Positions 1-14,376 of a stretch of 64,000 nucleotides of DNA are shown piece by piece. Source of the stretch: Octopus vulgaris (lineage: Eukaryota); assembly GCA_951406725.2 (NCBI GenBank), contig OX597842.1, forward strand, positions 31,930,001 through 31,994,000, written 5' to 3'. The notes beneath the pieces are model-generated. The model did no database searches, was not told the origin of the DNA, and saw only the letters and a list, made by a program, of their open reading frames with translations. Both the position numbers and the translations under genes were made by a program. Position 1 is the first letter of the stretch; every line of letters begins with the position of its first letter.

Positions 1-107
<107 letters not shown>

Positions 108-1694
108 TGGCCCTTTGAAATACAGGTACAACAGAAACAGGAGGTAAGCGTGAGAGAAAGTTGTGGTGAAAGAGTACAGCAGGGATCACCACCATCCCCT
201 GCAGGAGCTTCGTGGAGCTTTAGGTGTTTTCACTCAATAAAGTCTCACAACGCCAGGTCTGGGAATCGAAACCGCGATCCTATGACCGCGAGTCCGCTGC
301 CTTAACCACTGGGCCATTGCGCCCCCACGTACAACAGGTATCACCATACAGGATGTCCCAGAAGTCGTGCACCAATCTGGTTTTCCTTAAAAATTCATCC
401 ATCATCATTGTTTAACGTCCATTTTCCATGCTAGCATGGGTTGGACGGTTCAACTGGGGTCTGGGAAGCCAGGAGCCTGCGCCAGGCTCCATTCTGATCT
501 GGCAGTGTTTCTACAGCTGGATGCCCTTCCTAACACCAGCCACTCCATGAGTGTAGTGGGTGCTTTTTATGTGCCACCGCCACAGAAGCCAATTAAGGTG
601 GCGCTGGCATCAGCCACGTATGGATGGTGCTTTTTACGTGACACCAGCACAGGTGCCAGGAAAGGCTGGCAATGGCCACGATTGGTTGATGCTTTTTATG
701 TGCCACCAGCACAGGTGCCAGGGGAGGCTGGCAGCAGTCACGATGGCTTGGTGCTTTTTAAGTGCCACCAGCACAGGTATCACTACAATTTCCATTTGAT
801 TTTTAATTTAATGTTGACGTACTTGACTCAATGGGTCTCCTCAAGCACAGCAGGTCATGTGTCACCAGCACAGAACCCAGTCAAGGCAGTGCTGGCATTG
901 GCCACGTTTGGATGGTGCTTTTTACGTGCCACCGGCACAGGTGCCAGAGGAGGGTGGTAACGTCCACGATCGGTTGGTGCTTTTTACGTGCCACCGGCAT
1001 GGGTATCACAACTACAATTTCCATTTGATTTTTATTTTAATGTTGATGTACTTGACTCAATAGGTCTCCTCGAGCACTGCAGGTCACCCTACGATCCAAG
1101 GTAAGCACAGCAGGCCGTCCTGCAATCCAAGGGACTTTGGATGGGCTGGGGCTATGCAAAACTGGTGCAGGAAACAGCTATGAACTCACATTATTTGTCA
1201 TTTTTTTTTTTTTGCATGTTTTAGTGTAGAGGGAGCTCAATTTGAGCATTTGCTACGATTAATTTCAATAAAGTATTTTTGAAATCAATAAGGGTGTATT
1301 CTTTTAAAAGACCAGGGTGGTGGCAACTTTTGGGACAACCTGTGTGTGTGTATGTATGTCATCATCATCATCGTTTAGCGGCCGCTTTCCATGCTAGCAT
1401 GGGTTTGACGGTTCAACTGGGGTCCATGAAGCCAGAAGGCTGCACCAGGCCCAGTCAGATCTGGCAATGTTTCTACGGCTGGATGCCCTTCCTAACGCCA
1501 ACCACTCCACGAGTGTAGTGGGTGCTTTTTACGTGCCAGACGAGGCTGGCAAACGGCCACGATCGGATGGTGCTTTTTATGTGCCACCGGCACGGGGGCC
1601 AGGCGAGGCTGGCAACGGCCACATATATACACACACAAACATCTAGATATATATAAAAATGCACACATACACACACATATATACAAACATCTAC

Positions 1695-1729
<35 letters not shown>

Positions 1730-3023
1730 GTATACATATCTATATGTATATATGTATATAAATATACACACATACATACGAACATCTATATATACATATA
1801 TAAATACACATATGTATGTGTATATATATATATATATGCAGTACTCCAGCATGGCAAAGGTCTTTGGACATACAAAACGTAAAAAAGAATATATACAACG
1901 GGCTTCTTTCAGTTTCCCTCAAATCCACTGAAAAGGCTTTGGTTGGCCCGAGGCCATAGTAGAAGACACTTGCCTAAGGAGCCACGCAGTGGGACTGAAC
2001 CTGGAACCATGAGGTTAGGGAGAAAGCTTTTCACAAGACAGCCAGGCATTCAGTTGATGAGTTTCCTACAGTGGAAGAAGGTAGACAACCTGCTTTTTTA
2101 ATGAAATGCTTGAGACATGAATAGACGTTCCCTCCGTGGCTACGTTTACCTAATAAAGATATCAATCTATCGTAAACGGAAGCATATTTACGTGCACAGA
2201 TGCTCCATTCATGACCATCCTGCGAATCTTTTTTATATGGGTATCCTACTTTTTAGTGAATCACCCACTGTCCTTCAATATTGTAGATTCAGTAGTAAAT
2301 ATCTTAGCTATTGTTTCTAGCAAATTGCAAAAAAAAACAAACCCACAATAATAAGGGAAGTAACTCTTGAACAAATAAGGGATATAACTCTTGAAAGCTT
2401 TTAACGTCAAATTCAGACATATGCATGAATGTAAAAGAATCTATCCGTGACCACCCTGTGTTTTTTTTTTTATATTGGTATCACTATTTCTGAGTCACTT
2501 AAAGTGTCCTTCAGTGTGGTAGGCCTAAGTCTAGAAAATTTAGCTGCTATTTTTAGCAAATAGCACAACCAATAATTTCAACCGTGACCATCCCGCGTCA
2601 TTCTAATTTCTTACTGAATCATCTAGAGTGTCCTTCAATGTGACACACTAAACCGTAAAGACTCTGACTGCTATTTCTAACAAATTGCAGGACCACAAAG
2701 ATTATTGAGTGACTTTTGTGGAAATATTTTTTTCTCAAAAAAAAAAAAAATGGTTTATGACAAATTCTATTACTCTTTTACTCTTTTACTCTTTTACTCT
2801 TTTACTTGTTTCAGTCATTTGACTGCGGCCATGCTGGAGCACTGCCTTAAGTCAGGCAAACCGCCCCCAGGAATTATTCTTTGTAAGCCTAGTACTTATT
2901 CTATCGGACCTTCCTTTTTGCCGAACCACTAAGTTACGGGGACATAAACACACCAGCATCGGTTGTCAAGCGATGTTGGGGGGACAAACACAGATACACA
3001 AACATATATACACAAACGGCTTC

Positions 3024-6000
3024 CCTGAATAGGAACTCAGCTCTACAGGAAAGCTTCAGTCTTCGGGAAGATGGACAAATCTGGAGATTTGTCAAGACTG
3101 ATGAAACGTGGAAGAGAGATACCAGCTGGTCTGAGTGCTCTCTACCCACAATAACTAAAAAGACTACAGCAACTCAGGGAAACTAAGCCAGGACAACCTG
3201 TCATCCTCTACACACCATCATAAACTGCGAGCAGGGTACAAATTGTTGTCCTTAAATGCTCGCAGTTTATGCAACAAAATACATTTGTTCAACGCCTACG
3301 TCAGAAGTATTGACCCTGACTTCATCACTGTCACGGAAACATGGGCGCATTCCTTACTCTGTGATGGGGTTTTCAACATCACGGGGTACAACCTCTTCCG
3401 TAAGGACCGCACTAACCGCCGTGGTGGTGGTGTGATGATCTACGTTCGTTCAAATTTTTTGGTAATTCCTTGTGCCGATTTGAACGAATCACAAGAAGAA
3501 GTTTTTTTCTGTGACGTACGTATGACCATGTCAACACTCCTGCTTGGCGTTGTTTATCGTCCCCCAAATTACCATCAGGACACACAGCTTTGCAACATCC
3601 TCCGAGCTGCTGCCAGGAAAACAGCCACTTATGTGTTTATTGCAGGCGATTTCAATCATCCTGAGATCAATTGGGAAACCTTCCATTGGCCACAGAGTGC
3701 AAACGATTTTGTTGAGCTTGTGCTGGACTCAAACTGGTCACAAGTAGTCACCTCTCCAACAAGAGGCGACAACACCTTGGACCTGCTCTTCACCACAACT
3801 CCTGAAGCGGTTATCAATTGCACTACGGAGGAACCTCTAGGTGACTCTGATCATGCTATGATCATCGCCAATCTGGCTCTTGCGGGCAACAAACACCTGA
3901 ACCATCTCCAATCTGCTTCCTTTGATTGGAAGAGAGCAGATTGGAACCTGTACCACACTGAACTACAGCACCCAAACTGGCGTGAATTTTACAACTCTGG
4001 AGATGTGAATACTATACTCCAGAGTATCCTGGACTCAATATGGGCAGCATGTGCAGCATCAGTGCCACATAAACAAAAAAAGAACTGCCCCAAAAGGGCA
4101 ATTTGGGAAACTTCAGCGGTCCGACTTGCCAGGAAGGAACGTCGGACTGCTGAACAGGAATACAAGTTGCATAAATCAGACACCAACAGGAAGAAGCGGA
4201 ATAAATCCTCCAACCATCTCAAGCAAGTGACAAAAAAAGCAGCGCTTGAATTTGAACAGTGCATAGCAGCCAATCCTGACAGCAAGGTTTTCTGGAAATA
4301 TGTGCATTCAAAGCAGAGACCTCACTCTCCAGTGGGCCCTCTTCGCAACCCTCACACAAACCAGATCACTGACGACCCCAAGGAATGCGCAGAACTCATT
4401 GCCGAGTGCTATGCAAACATATTCACTGTTGAAAGTCAAAATGTACCATCTTCACCATCACTAACAGCAAACTCCATAACAACTATGGAATTTACACCTG
4501 CAATGCTGCGACGTCACCTTCAAAATAAGCGCAACTATGCCTCCCCTGGTCTCGATGGAGTTACATACCTGCTTCTCAAACGAGGCAGGCACTTCCTTTT
4601 ACACCAGCTTTCTATTTTCTTCCAGTACTGTCTCAACAATGGTGCTACTCCGGAGCAGTGGAAAACTGCCAGTGTCATTCCTCTGTTCAAAAAGGGTGAC
4701 CGCACATCACCTGTCAACTATCGCCCAGTCAGTCTCACTAGCTGTATTGCAAAACTGATGGAATCGTGTGTCAGAGAAACACTCTGGAACTTCTGGAGCT
4801 CTCACAGTCTCATCCGACCCTCACAATATGGATTTGTCCCTAACTCCAGCTGCAGTGACCAGCTTGTCGAGTTCCTTGAGGACATTACTCAGATCACTGA
4901 CAGTGGCTCATGGGTGGATGTTGTCTACCTTGACTTTGCTAAGGCTTTCAACTCTGTGCCACACAAAAGGCTTATGGTGAAACTCTCTGCAATGGGTGTG
5001 GGGGATGACCTTTTTAACTGGTTGAAATCCTTCATCCTCAGCCGAAAGGAGGTAGTCACAGTTCTAGGACAGCACTCTACACCATATGAGATGTCATCGG
5101 GTGTACCACAGGGATCTGTCCTTGGTCCCCTCCTGTTTGTGGCATACTTTAATGACATAGATGCCAATTTAAAGAATGCCACAGTATTGAAATATGCAGA
5201 CGACATCAAGCTGTACCTTGAAATCAAGAGGACTGATCCTGATGTCTACAACTCTTTCCTGCAATCAGACCTGGACACAATGCAGCAATGGATCACAGAC
5301 TGGCAACTGAAACTGGCTGTGGACAAGTGTACCACCATGCATTTTGGGATAAAAAACCCTGCGTCCACATACTCCCTCCACAACACTGATATCAAGAAAT
5401 CCTCTTGCGAGCGTGACCTAGGCATCACTGTCAGCAGTGATTTGCGTTGGACAAAGCACATCTCTAAAATTGTCAGGAGGGCCGAGGGTGTCTTGGCATC
5501 ACTCAGCAAGACTTTTGTTAGCCGCTCTCCAGCCATCTATTTAAAACTGTATACAGCTATGGTACGACCACACTTGGAATTCGCATCATCAGTTTGGAAT
5601 CCCTATCTTGCTCAGAACATTGACCTCCTGGAATCTGTCCAGAGACGTGCAACCAAACGCATACCCTCCATCAGACACCTACCATATTCTGAGCGCCTTG
5701 TTTCCCTGGGCATGGATTCACTGAAGCTCCGGCGTCTGGCGACGGACTTGGTAAACACCCGCAAGGTTATCAACCACCTCACCAACAACAACACTGAACA
5801 CCTTTTTGATCTCCATGTGTCTAACACACGTGGACATATTTACAAAGTCAGAAAACAGCACAGCTCCCATGACTTTCGGAAACATTTTTTCATGCTCAGA
5901 GTTGCTGAAGCATGGAACAAACTGCCTGCGTCAGTTGTTGACTGCCATGACACTGCATCCTTTAAGGCCCTCATGCTTTCCGAAATCCACCGAAACTACA

Positions 6001-6070
6001 CCTGATTATATATACACTTTAGATGAGTTGTAGTGCACCTGAGCACTGTACACAATTATTATTATTATAT
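3024..6070 (+). mobile_element. CR1/L2-group LINE, 5'-truncated, with intact ORF2
   Basis: APE and RT ORF, short 3' UTR with a stem-loop, and an (ATT)n tail. Confidence 0.9.
3243..6005 (+). CDS. LINE ORF2: AP endonuclease plus reverse transcriptase
   Basis: NARS, VTETW, GDFN, LDL and SDH endonuclease motifs; YRPVSL, DFAKAF, GVPQGSVLGP and YADD RT motifs; no stops in 920 codons. Confidence 0.95.
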   Translation: MLSLNARSLCNKIHLFNAYVRSIDPDFITVTETWAHSLLCDGVFNITGYNLFRKDRTNRRGGGVMIYVRSNFLVIPCADLNESQEEVFFCDVRMTMSTLLLGVVYRPPNYHQDTQLCNILRAAARKTATYVFIAGDFNHPEINWETFHWPQSANDFVELVLDSNWSQVVTSPTRGDNTLDLLFTTTPEAVINCTTEEPLGDSDHAMIIANLALAGNKHLNHLQSASFDWKRADWNLYHTELQHPNWREFYNSGDVNTILQSILDSIWAACAASVPHKQKKNCPKRAIWETSAVRLARKERRTAEQEYKLHKSDTNRKKRNKSSNHLKQVTKKAALEFEQCIAANPDSKVFWKYVHSKQRPHSPVGPLRNPHTNQITDDPKECAELIAECYANIFTVESQNVPSSPSLTANSITTMEFTPAMLRRHLQNKRNYASPGLDGVTYLLLKRGRHFLLHQLSIFFQYCLNNGATPEQWKTASVIPLFKKGDRTSPVNYRPVSLTSCIAKLMESCVRETLWNFWSSHSLIRPSQYGFVPNSSCSDQLVEFLEDITQITDSGSWVDVVYLDFAKAFNSVPHKRLMVKLSAMGVGDDLFNWLKSFILSRKEVVTVLGQHSTPYEMSSGVPQGSVLGPLLFVAYFNDIDANLKNATVLKYADDIKLYLEIKRTDPDVYNSFLQSDLDTMQQWITDWQLKLAVDKCTTMHFGIKNPASTYSLHNTDIKKSSCERDLGITVSSDLRWTKHISKIVRRAEGVLASLSKTFVSRSPAIYLKLYTAMVRPHLEFASSVWNPYLAQNIDLLESVQRRATKRIPSIRHLPYSERLVSLGMDSLKLRRLATDLVNTRKVINHLTNNNTEHLFDLHVSNTRGHIYKVRKQHSSHDFRKHFFMLRVAEAWNKLPASVVDCHDTASFKALMLSEIHRNYT

Positions 6071-6087
6071 ATTATTATATATATATG

Positions 6088-6121
<34 letters not shown>

Positions 6122-6143
6122 CATACATACATACATACATACA

Positions 6144-6177
<34 letters not shown>

Positions 6178-6193
6178 CATATATATATATATG

Positions 6194-6425
6194 GGGCGGC
6201 GAGCTGGTAGAAACGTTAGCACGCCGGGCGAAATTCGTAGCCGTATTTCGTCTGTCGTTACGTTCCGAGTTCAAATTCCGCCGAGGTCGACTTTGCCTTT
6301 CATCCTTTAGGGGTCGATAAATTAAGTACCAGTTACGCACTGGGGTCGATGTAGCCGACTTAATCCCTTTGTCTGTCCTTGTTTGTTCCCTCTGTGTTTA
6401 GCCCCTTGTGGGTAGTAAAGAAATA
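6194..6425 (+). mobile_element. SINE family B with Nin-like domain, representative copy
   Basis: GCCTTTCATCCTTT.GGGGTCGATAAATTAAGTACC is a Nin-like core. Other copies at 8133-8360, 24735-25260, 27745-27900, 29170-29740, 35462-35935, 43728-44330, 44394-44612. Confidence 0.75.
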
Positions 6426-6710
6426 TATATATATATATTTTTGGAAAGAAATATATATACATGCCTTGACCTTCGAAACGTGGAGTAGATGAAACAAAGG
6501 CGACTGAAGAAGGGGAATTTTCCTTGCTTTGTATGTCCTGTACTCTATTTTTTCGTTGTTTAAAAGAAATGTCCATTTCCTTGGTTTTGTGTTTGTTTTC
6601 GCTTCTCATCGTGTTCGACGTTTTTTTTTTTGGTGTCCTGTATATATACATGTAGACGTAGGTACATACATATATGTGTGTATATATGCATATGTTTTAT
6701 TTATTTATTA

Positions 6711-6767
<57 letters not shown>

Positions 6768-7042
6768 AATATAGGTATGGTATTATTAAAATACCATCAC
6801 AAGTGGTAATCGAACTATTAGCCGCACGTGCAAATTAATAAGATATATACATACAATATTAAATATAGGTATATATACACAAGGATACTATATGAGTACC
6901 TGTATCGCCAATGATAGAAGTCAAAAAATACTTCTGTACCACCGAATAGCCACAAATCCATTACAGACAAGGTAGGAAATTAAAATCAGTGAACAATAAT
7001 GTTGTCTTACCTCAAATGGGTCAGAACAAGCAAATTCTGGTC

Positions 7043-7105
7043 AACTCGGTACCGGTTTCGAAATTTAGCGCTACCTAGACGCGTGATTTCTCATCAGCCA
7101 AAGTC
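7043..7105 (-). ncRNA. Type I minimal hammerhead ribozyme motif
   Basis: GACTTTGG-CTGATGA-GAAAT...ATTTC-GAAAC-CG-GTA^CCGAGTT. Confidence 0.72.
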
Positions 7106-7403
7106 CGCCAGCTAAAATAACTACTGACACTCTCCCCCAGCATGCCTACGAAAGTCCGTTTGAAGTGACCAAGCACCGTACGAACAAACGAAATGCGTAA
7201 AATCATTTATTAATAAATATAGGAATGGTATTATTAAAATACCATCATGTTCACTGATATTTTTTCCTATCTTGTCTGAAATAGGTTTGGGACTATTCGG
7301 TGGTACAGAAACATTTTTTGACTTCTATCTTTAGCGACATAGGTACTCATGTAGTACCCTTGTGCATATATGTACATATCTAATATTGTTTGTATATATT
7401 TTA

Positions 7404-7810
7404 CTAGCAGTATCGCCCGGCGTTACTCGGGTTTGTAAGGGAAATAACTATATAAGCATTTTTAGAGAGTTACTTCCCTTATATAAACCGAGCGAAAATT
7501 CATTAAAAATGCGGAAAAATTATGGTAAATTTATTTTTAAATCGTAGACTCATCGTAGACATTTTTAGAGAGTTACTCCCTTTATATAATAGCGAAAATA
7601 TGCATTAAAATGGAAAAAAATTATGGTAAAGTTTTTTTTAAATCGTAGACTCATCGTAGACGCGCGCTAATACCCAGAAGGGCTCGATATGAATCACGAC
7701 TATAAGATACCCGGTTTTGGTTAAACTGCACCGCAAAATGTGGGAGTAGTTAGGAATCTAAATCATAGGAGACAGACAGCACACAACTTCTTTTTTATAT
7801 ATATATAGGA
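7404..7810 (-). mobile_element. Non-autonomous Helitron-like element
   Basis: Same family as the 26687 copy, reverse orientation. Confidence 0.7.
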
Positions 7811-8359
7811 ATGGTATTATTAAAATACCATCACGTTCGCTGATATTTTTTCCTATCTTGTCTGAAAAAGATTTGTGACCATTCGGTGGAACAGAAACAT
7901 TTTTTGACTTCTATCTTTAGCGACATAGGTACTCATGTAGTTCCTTTGCGTATATATGTACATAGGTGCAGGAGTGGCTGTGTGGTAAGTAGCTTGCTAA
8001 CCAACCACATGGCTCCGGGTTCAGTCCCACTGCGTGGCATCTTGGGCAAGTGTCTTCTGCTATAGCCCCGGGCTGACCAATGCCTTGTGAGTGGATTTGG
8101 TAGATAGAAACTGAAACGTATATATATATATTTCTTTACTACCCACAAGGGGGTTAATTCAGAGGGGACAAACAAGGACAGACAAACGGGTTAAGTTGAT
8201 AATATCGACCCCAGTGCATAACTGGTACTTAATTTGTCGACCCCGAAAGGATGAAAGACAAAGTCGACCTCGGCGGGATTTGAACTCAGAACGTAACGGT
8301 AGACGAAATATGGCTACGCATTTCGCCCGGCGTGCTAACGTTTCTGCCAGCTCGCCGCC

Positions 8360-8398
<39 letters not shown>

Positions 8399-8410
8399 TA
8401 TATATATATA

Positions 8411-8494
<84 letters not shown>

Positions 8495-9068
8495 ATGTGT
8501 GTGTGTATCTGTCTGTGTGTTTGTCCCCCTAGCATTGCTTGACAACCGATGCTGGTGTGTTTACGTCCTCGTCACTTAACGGTTCGGGAAAAGAGCCCAA
8601 TAGAATAAGTACTGGGCTTACAAAGAATAAGTCCCGGGGTCGATTTGCTCGATTACAGGCGGTGCTCCAGCATGGCCGCAGTCAAATGACTGAAACAAGT
8701 AGAAAGAGTAAAAGAGTAAAGAGTAAAGAGTAAAGAGTAAAGAGTACATTTAATATTGTATGTATATATTTTATTAATTTGCCTATGTGTGTGTGTGTGT
8801 GTGTGTATTTCGTTTTTGGATTTGGTTTGCAAGATTCTTTATATGAGTTTGTGTATTGAAACATACTTTGTTGTGTCTGGGGAGAGTCATTTCCCTTTTG
8901 GGGCCTTATAATCTAACCCTAACTCACCGCTAAAATTTGCACTTTTTTTTTCTTATTTTATATTTTCCTAAAATTTTCGTTGCGTCTTGCAACCTTTTCA
9001 ATAGTTTTGACTCTGTCCCTTATTTACACTGCAATCCCTTTTGCTTGTTTGTGCGCATGTGTGTGGGT

Positions 9069-9118
<50 letters not shown>

Positions 9119-9247
9119 ATGTGTGTGTGTGTTTATGTGCTTGCATGTCCGCGTTTGTGTATTTTCTATGCATGTATGTGTGTGTGTGAGCATGCGTTTG
9201 TATTTGTACAAGGCACAAAAAGAAAATGTCTCTCCCCAGACACAACA

Positions 9248-9374
<127 letters not shown>

Positions 9375-9499
9375 TATATACATATATATATACATATATA
9401 TATACATATATAAAATATTATTAGAGACAAAACCACTATTTTGCAAAACAAACAAGGAAAGACTTAATCAATACATAAAATTTTAATAAATAGTCAAAA

Positions 9500-9561
<62 letters not shown>

Positions 9562-12500
9562 TTAATCCAAACAAGAAAGCACAAAAAACACAACAACCCG
9601 AGGACGTGGAACAAATATAGTATTATTGGACACTCAGGAAAGAAGGAAAGAAGGAGGGTTTAACGTTTCGAGCGCAGCTCTTCGTCGGAAACATAGGAGA
9701 AGGAAGGATCCAGAGAAGGGAAGACAGAAGAAAAAAAATCGCCAACGGTACACACGCGGTCACATTTTGATATATATATATATATATATACACACACGCA
9801 CATATACATATGATGGGCTTCTTTCAGTTTCCGCCTACCAAATCCACCCACAAGGTTTCGGTCGGCCAGAGGTTGGAGCCACGCAGTGGGACTGAACCTG
9901 GAAGTATACAGTCACTCCTGCACCTATGCAAAAAAATATCATTAAGGAATCCATCCGTGACCAGCCTACAGAATCATGTAAAGTTTTCTTCAATTTGATG
10001 ATGAGGATAAATAAATAATATAGGTGTAGGAGTGGCTGTGTGGTAAGTAACTTGCTTACCAACCACATGGTTCCGGGTTCAGTCCCACTGCGCGGCACCT
10101 CGGGCATGTGTCGTCTTCTATAGCCCCGGGCCGACCAAAGCCTTGTGAATGGATTTAGAAGAAGGAAACTGAAAGAAGCCGTCATAAATGTGTGTGTGTG
10201 TGTGTAGGTGGGTGAATGGGTGGGTGTGTGTGTTTGTCTCCCTAATATCGCTTGACACCGATGCTGGTGTGTTTACGTCCACGTAACATAGCGGTTTGGC
10301 AAAAGAGGACTGATAGAATAAGTATTAGGCTTACAAGGAATAAGTCCTGGGGTCGATTTGCTCGACCAAAGGCGGTGCCCCAGCATGGCCACAGTCAAAT
10401 GACTGAAACAAGAAGTAAAAGAGAGAAAATGCACGCTTAGCCTAGACAATTTGACTGCTCTTTCTAGCAAATAACGCCACCGTCAATTGATACGTGCGAT
10501 AGACAAGGGAGACAACTCTTTAGTCCTCCACAAAAAACTTCTTCTCTAACAAACTGATTGGTTTGTCGAATGTACAGGAACTGATGTCGCTTTTGTTGCA
10601 ATTTGAGAAACATTTTTTTTTCTGCTGTGGTCTCTTTATTTATTATTATTTTTTTTTAATAATTGTTATTAGGCCCCTATTATCTCTATGTTCTTTCAGT
10701 CATTAAAGTCAGCGGCCATGCTGGGGCACCGCCTTCGATCTTTTCCGTTTGACCGGTAGTTTTTTTAAATAATTTCCACAGTGGCTGTGTGGTAAGTAGC
10801 TTGCTAACCAACCACATGGTTCCGGGTTCAGTCCCACTGTGTGGCATCTTGGACAAGTGTCTTCTGCTATAGCCCCGGGCCGACCAGTGCCTTGTGAGTG
10901 GATTTGGTAGACGGAAACTGAAAGAAGCCCGTCGTATATATGTATATATATATATAGGCGCAGGAGTGGCTGTGTGGTAAGTAGCTTGTTTACCAACCAC
11001 ACGGTTGCGGGTTCAGTCCCACTGCGTGGCATCTTGGACAAGTGTCTTCTGCTATAGCCCCGGGCCGACCAGTGCCTTGTGAGTGGATTTGGTAGACGGA
11101 AACTGAAAGAAGCCCGTCGTATATATGTATATATATATATAGGCGCAGGAGTGGCTGTGTGGTAAGTAGCTTGCTAACCAACCACACGGTTGCGGGTTCA
11201 GTCCCACTGCGTGGCATCTTGGGCAAGTGTCTTCTGCTATAGCCCCGGGCCGACCAGTGCCTTGTGAGTGGATTTGGTAGACGGAAACTGAAAGAAGCCT
11301 GTCGTATATATGTATATATGTATATAAAACAGATTGAAATGCAATAGATCGATACTAGGGTCATAATTATGGGTGACAATTTCATATGACCCCGCAAGAA
11401 AAAACTGCCGTTCAAACCGAAAAGATTCATTTGTTGTTTTTCTTCTTCAATATCTGCAATTTCAACCAATCAATGACGTCTATTGAGGTAAAAAAAAAAC
11501 ATTCTGTGCCGTATGAATATGACCCTCGTTTAAGAAACAGATTGGGTTTATTTACATTTGAGACGAAAAGAAGATACCCTTCCCCCCTAACCCAAACCCT
11601 AAAACGGATTGAAATGCAATAGATCGATACTAGGGTCATAATTATGGGTGACAATTTCATATGACACCGCTAGAAAAAACTGCCGTTCAAACCGAAAAGA
11701 TTCATTTGTTGTTTTTTTTCATCAATTTCTGCAATTTCAACCAATCAATGACGTCCATTGAGGTAAAAAAACATTCTGTGCCGTATGAATATGTCCCTCA
11801 TTTAAGAAACAGATTTGGTTTATTTACATTTGCGAAAGAAAAAAAGATACCCTTCCCCTCACCCCTAATTCTAACCCTAAAACAGAGTGAAATGCAATAG
11901 ATTGATTCTAGGGTCATAATTATGGGTGACAATTTCATATGACCCCACTAGAAAAAACTTCCGTTCAAACCGAAAAGATCCCAATTTTGAATCAACGGGA
12001 ATTTTTTTTTTGTTTTCTCTTTTAAGCCCAGTACTTACTTATTCTATCGGACCCTTTAACCGAACCGCTATGTTACGAGTATGCAAACACATTAAAACCC
12101 CGGCTGTCATGTAGTAGTCGGGAACAAACAAACAGATTGACGCACACGAAAGGCTTCTTTCAGCTTCCATCTACCTAATCCCTTTGGTGGCCAAAGGTCA
12201 CAAAGTGGGATTGAACTTTGAACCATGCGGTTGGGAAGTCAATTTCTTAGCACACGGCCAAGCCCTGTACACACACAAACAGAGTTAATTCGAGGAGGTT
12301 GTATGTAGGTTTACTCTTTTACTTGTTTCAGTCATTTGACTGCGGCCATGCTGGAGCACCGCCTTTAGTCGAGCAACTCAACCCCGGGACTTATTCTTTG
12401 TAAGCCCAGTACTTATTCTATCGGTCTCTTTTGCCGAACCGCTAAGTGACGGGGACATAAACACACCAGCATCGGTTGTCAAGCAATGCTAGGGGAACAA

Positions 12501-12710
12501 ACACACACACACACAAATATATATACATATATATATATCATCATCATCATCATTCAGCGTCTGCTTTCCATGCTAGCATGGGTTGGACGGGTCAACTGGG
12601 GTCTGTGAAGCTGGAAGGCTTCGTCAGGCCCAGTCAGATCTGGCAGTGTTTCTACGGCTGGATGCCCTTCCTAACGCCAGGGCATCCAGCCGTAGAAACA
12701 CTGCCAGATC

Positions 12711-12742
<32 letters not shown>

Positions 12743-13169
12743 TACGACGGGCTTCTTTCAGTTTCCGTCTACCAAATCCACTCACAAGGCTTTGGTCGGC
12801 CTGAGGCTATAGCAGAAGACAATTGCCCAAGATGCCACTCAGTGGGACTGAACCCTGAACCATGTGGTTGGTTAGCAAGCTACTTACCACACAGCCACAT
12901 ATATATATTTATTTATTTATTTATTTTTGAATTTCAAAATGAACTTTTTTCAACTTGAAAAAGCAAAAGATTCCGTAGATTCATAGAACCATCCTTAGAA
13001 TATCAGACAAACTAGATTGCTGTATACAGCTCAGATACTTTAGGCTCTGAGTCCAAACCCAGCTGGTGTTAACCCGCTCCCTCACATATTCCAGGGGTCA
13101 GATAAAATACAGTACCAGTTACATTCTGGGGTCCATGTACTCAACTGCTCCCATTCAACAAAGAAAGAG

Positions 13170-13223
13170 AAAATATTAAAAAAAACAGGACATGATAACG
13201 TTAATTTAAATTAAAATTTTATT
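13170..13223 (-). terminator. Candidate polyadenylation signal for LIN54
   Basis: AATAAA at 13223-13218 followed by a GU/U-rich element (gttatcatgtcctgtttttttt). Would imply a ~4 kb 3' UTR. Confidence 0.3.
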
Positions 13224-13319
13224 TGATATTCAAATTTAGATATAATTATAATAATTAATATATTAATTAGTGGATTGTTTTAGATTATTTTCTTAGTTTT
13301 CAACAAGCTTATATGTATG

Positions 13320-13367
<48 letters not shown>

Positions 13368-14005
13368 TATGTGTATATATATATATATGTAAATATATAT
13401 AACTCACACATTTATGTCTATATTATACAGATATTCATATGTATATATACCTACATGCATCCATACATTCATGTGCACATACACACTTGTATATATAAAC
13501 ACATACATACACCCCTCATATACAAATCCATAATTACATACACATACATCCATATAGATATACAGACATGCATTCATACATATACACATACATCTATACA
13601 GTTACACACACACATCCATACATATATACTTATATATATATATTAGCTTATAAAATATCCTGTTCATGTCAATGACAACCGAACCTCTTTCCCTGATGAA
13701 CCAATATTATGAAACAGTCAATTACAAATATAGAGATAAGACAGGCATTTTTTTATATAAAGCAGAAGCGTTGGCAATGAAATATATCCTTCACTCTTCC
13801 ATACTGACGTCCCATCATTTTCTTTGTTATATGCGTATATCTGTTTGTCTATATATGTATAAACACACACAAATATATATATATATATATATATGTATAT
13901 TACATCAGGACAATTACCCCCTCTTCAATATATTAAGGTTTAAATCACCTGTTGTCCTTGGGGGTTATTGTCCACTGGAGGGAGGGAGGCAATGTCCTAG
14001 ACACA

Positions 14006-14051
<46 letters not shown>

Positions 14052-14150
14052 GTATGTATATATATATAAATAGATAGATAGATATATATATATAGATATA
14101 CATATATATATATGTACATATATATACATACATATATATGTCATATATAT

Positions 14151-14181
<31 letters not shown>

Positions 14182-14248
14182 TATACATATATACATATAT
14201 GTATGTATGTCATATATATATATAAAAATATATATATATATATATAAA

Positions 14249-14279
<31 letters not shown>

Positions 14280-14376
14280 TATATATACATACAAATATAT
14301 ATATACATACATATATATATGTATGTATGTGTATATATATATATTAGTCACAAGTCAACATCTGTGTGTATATATA

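Noticed and set aside
6465-6520. Permuted hammerhead (CGAAACGTG...CTGAAGA)
   Set aside because: The GUG triplet is non-cleavable and stem I does not pair. At most a relic.
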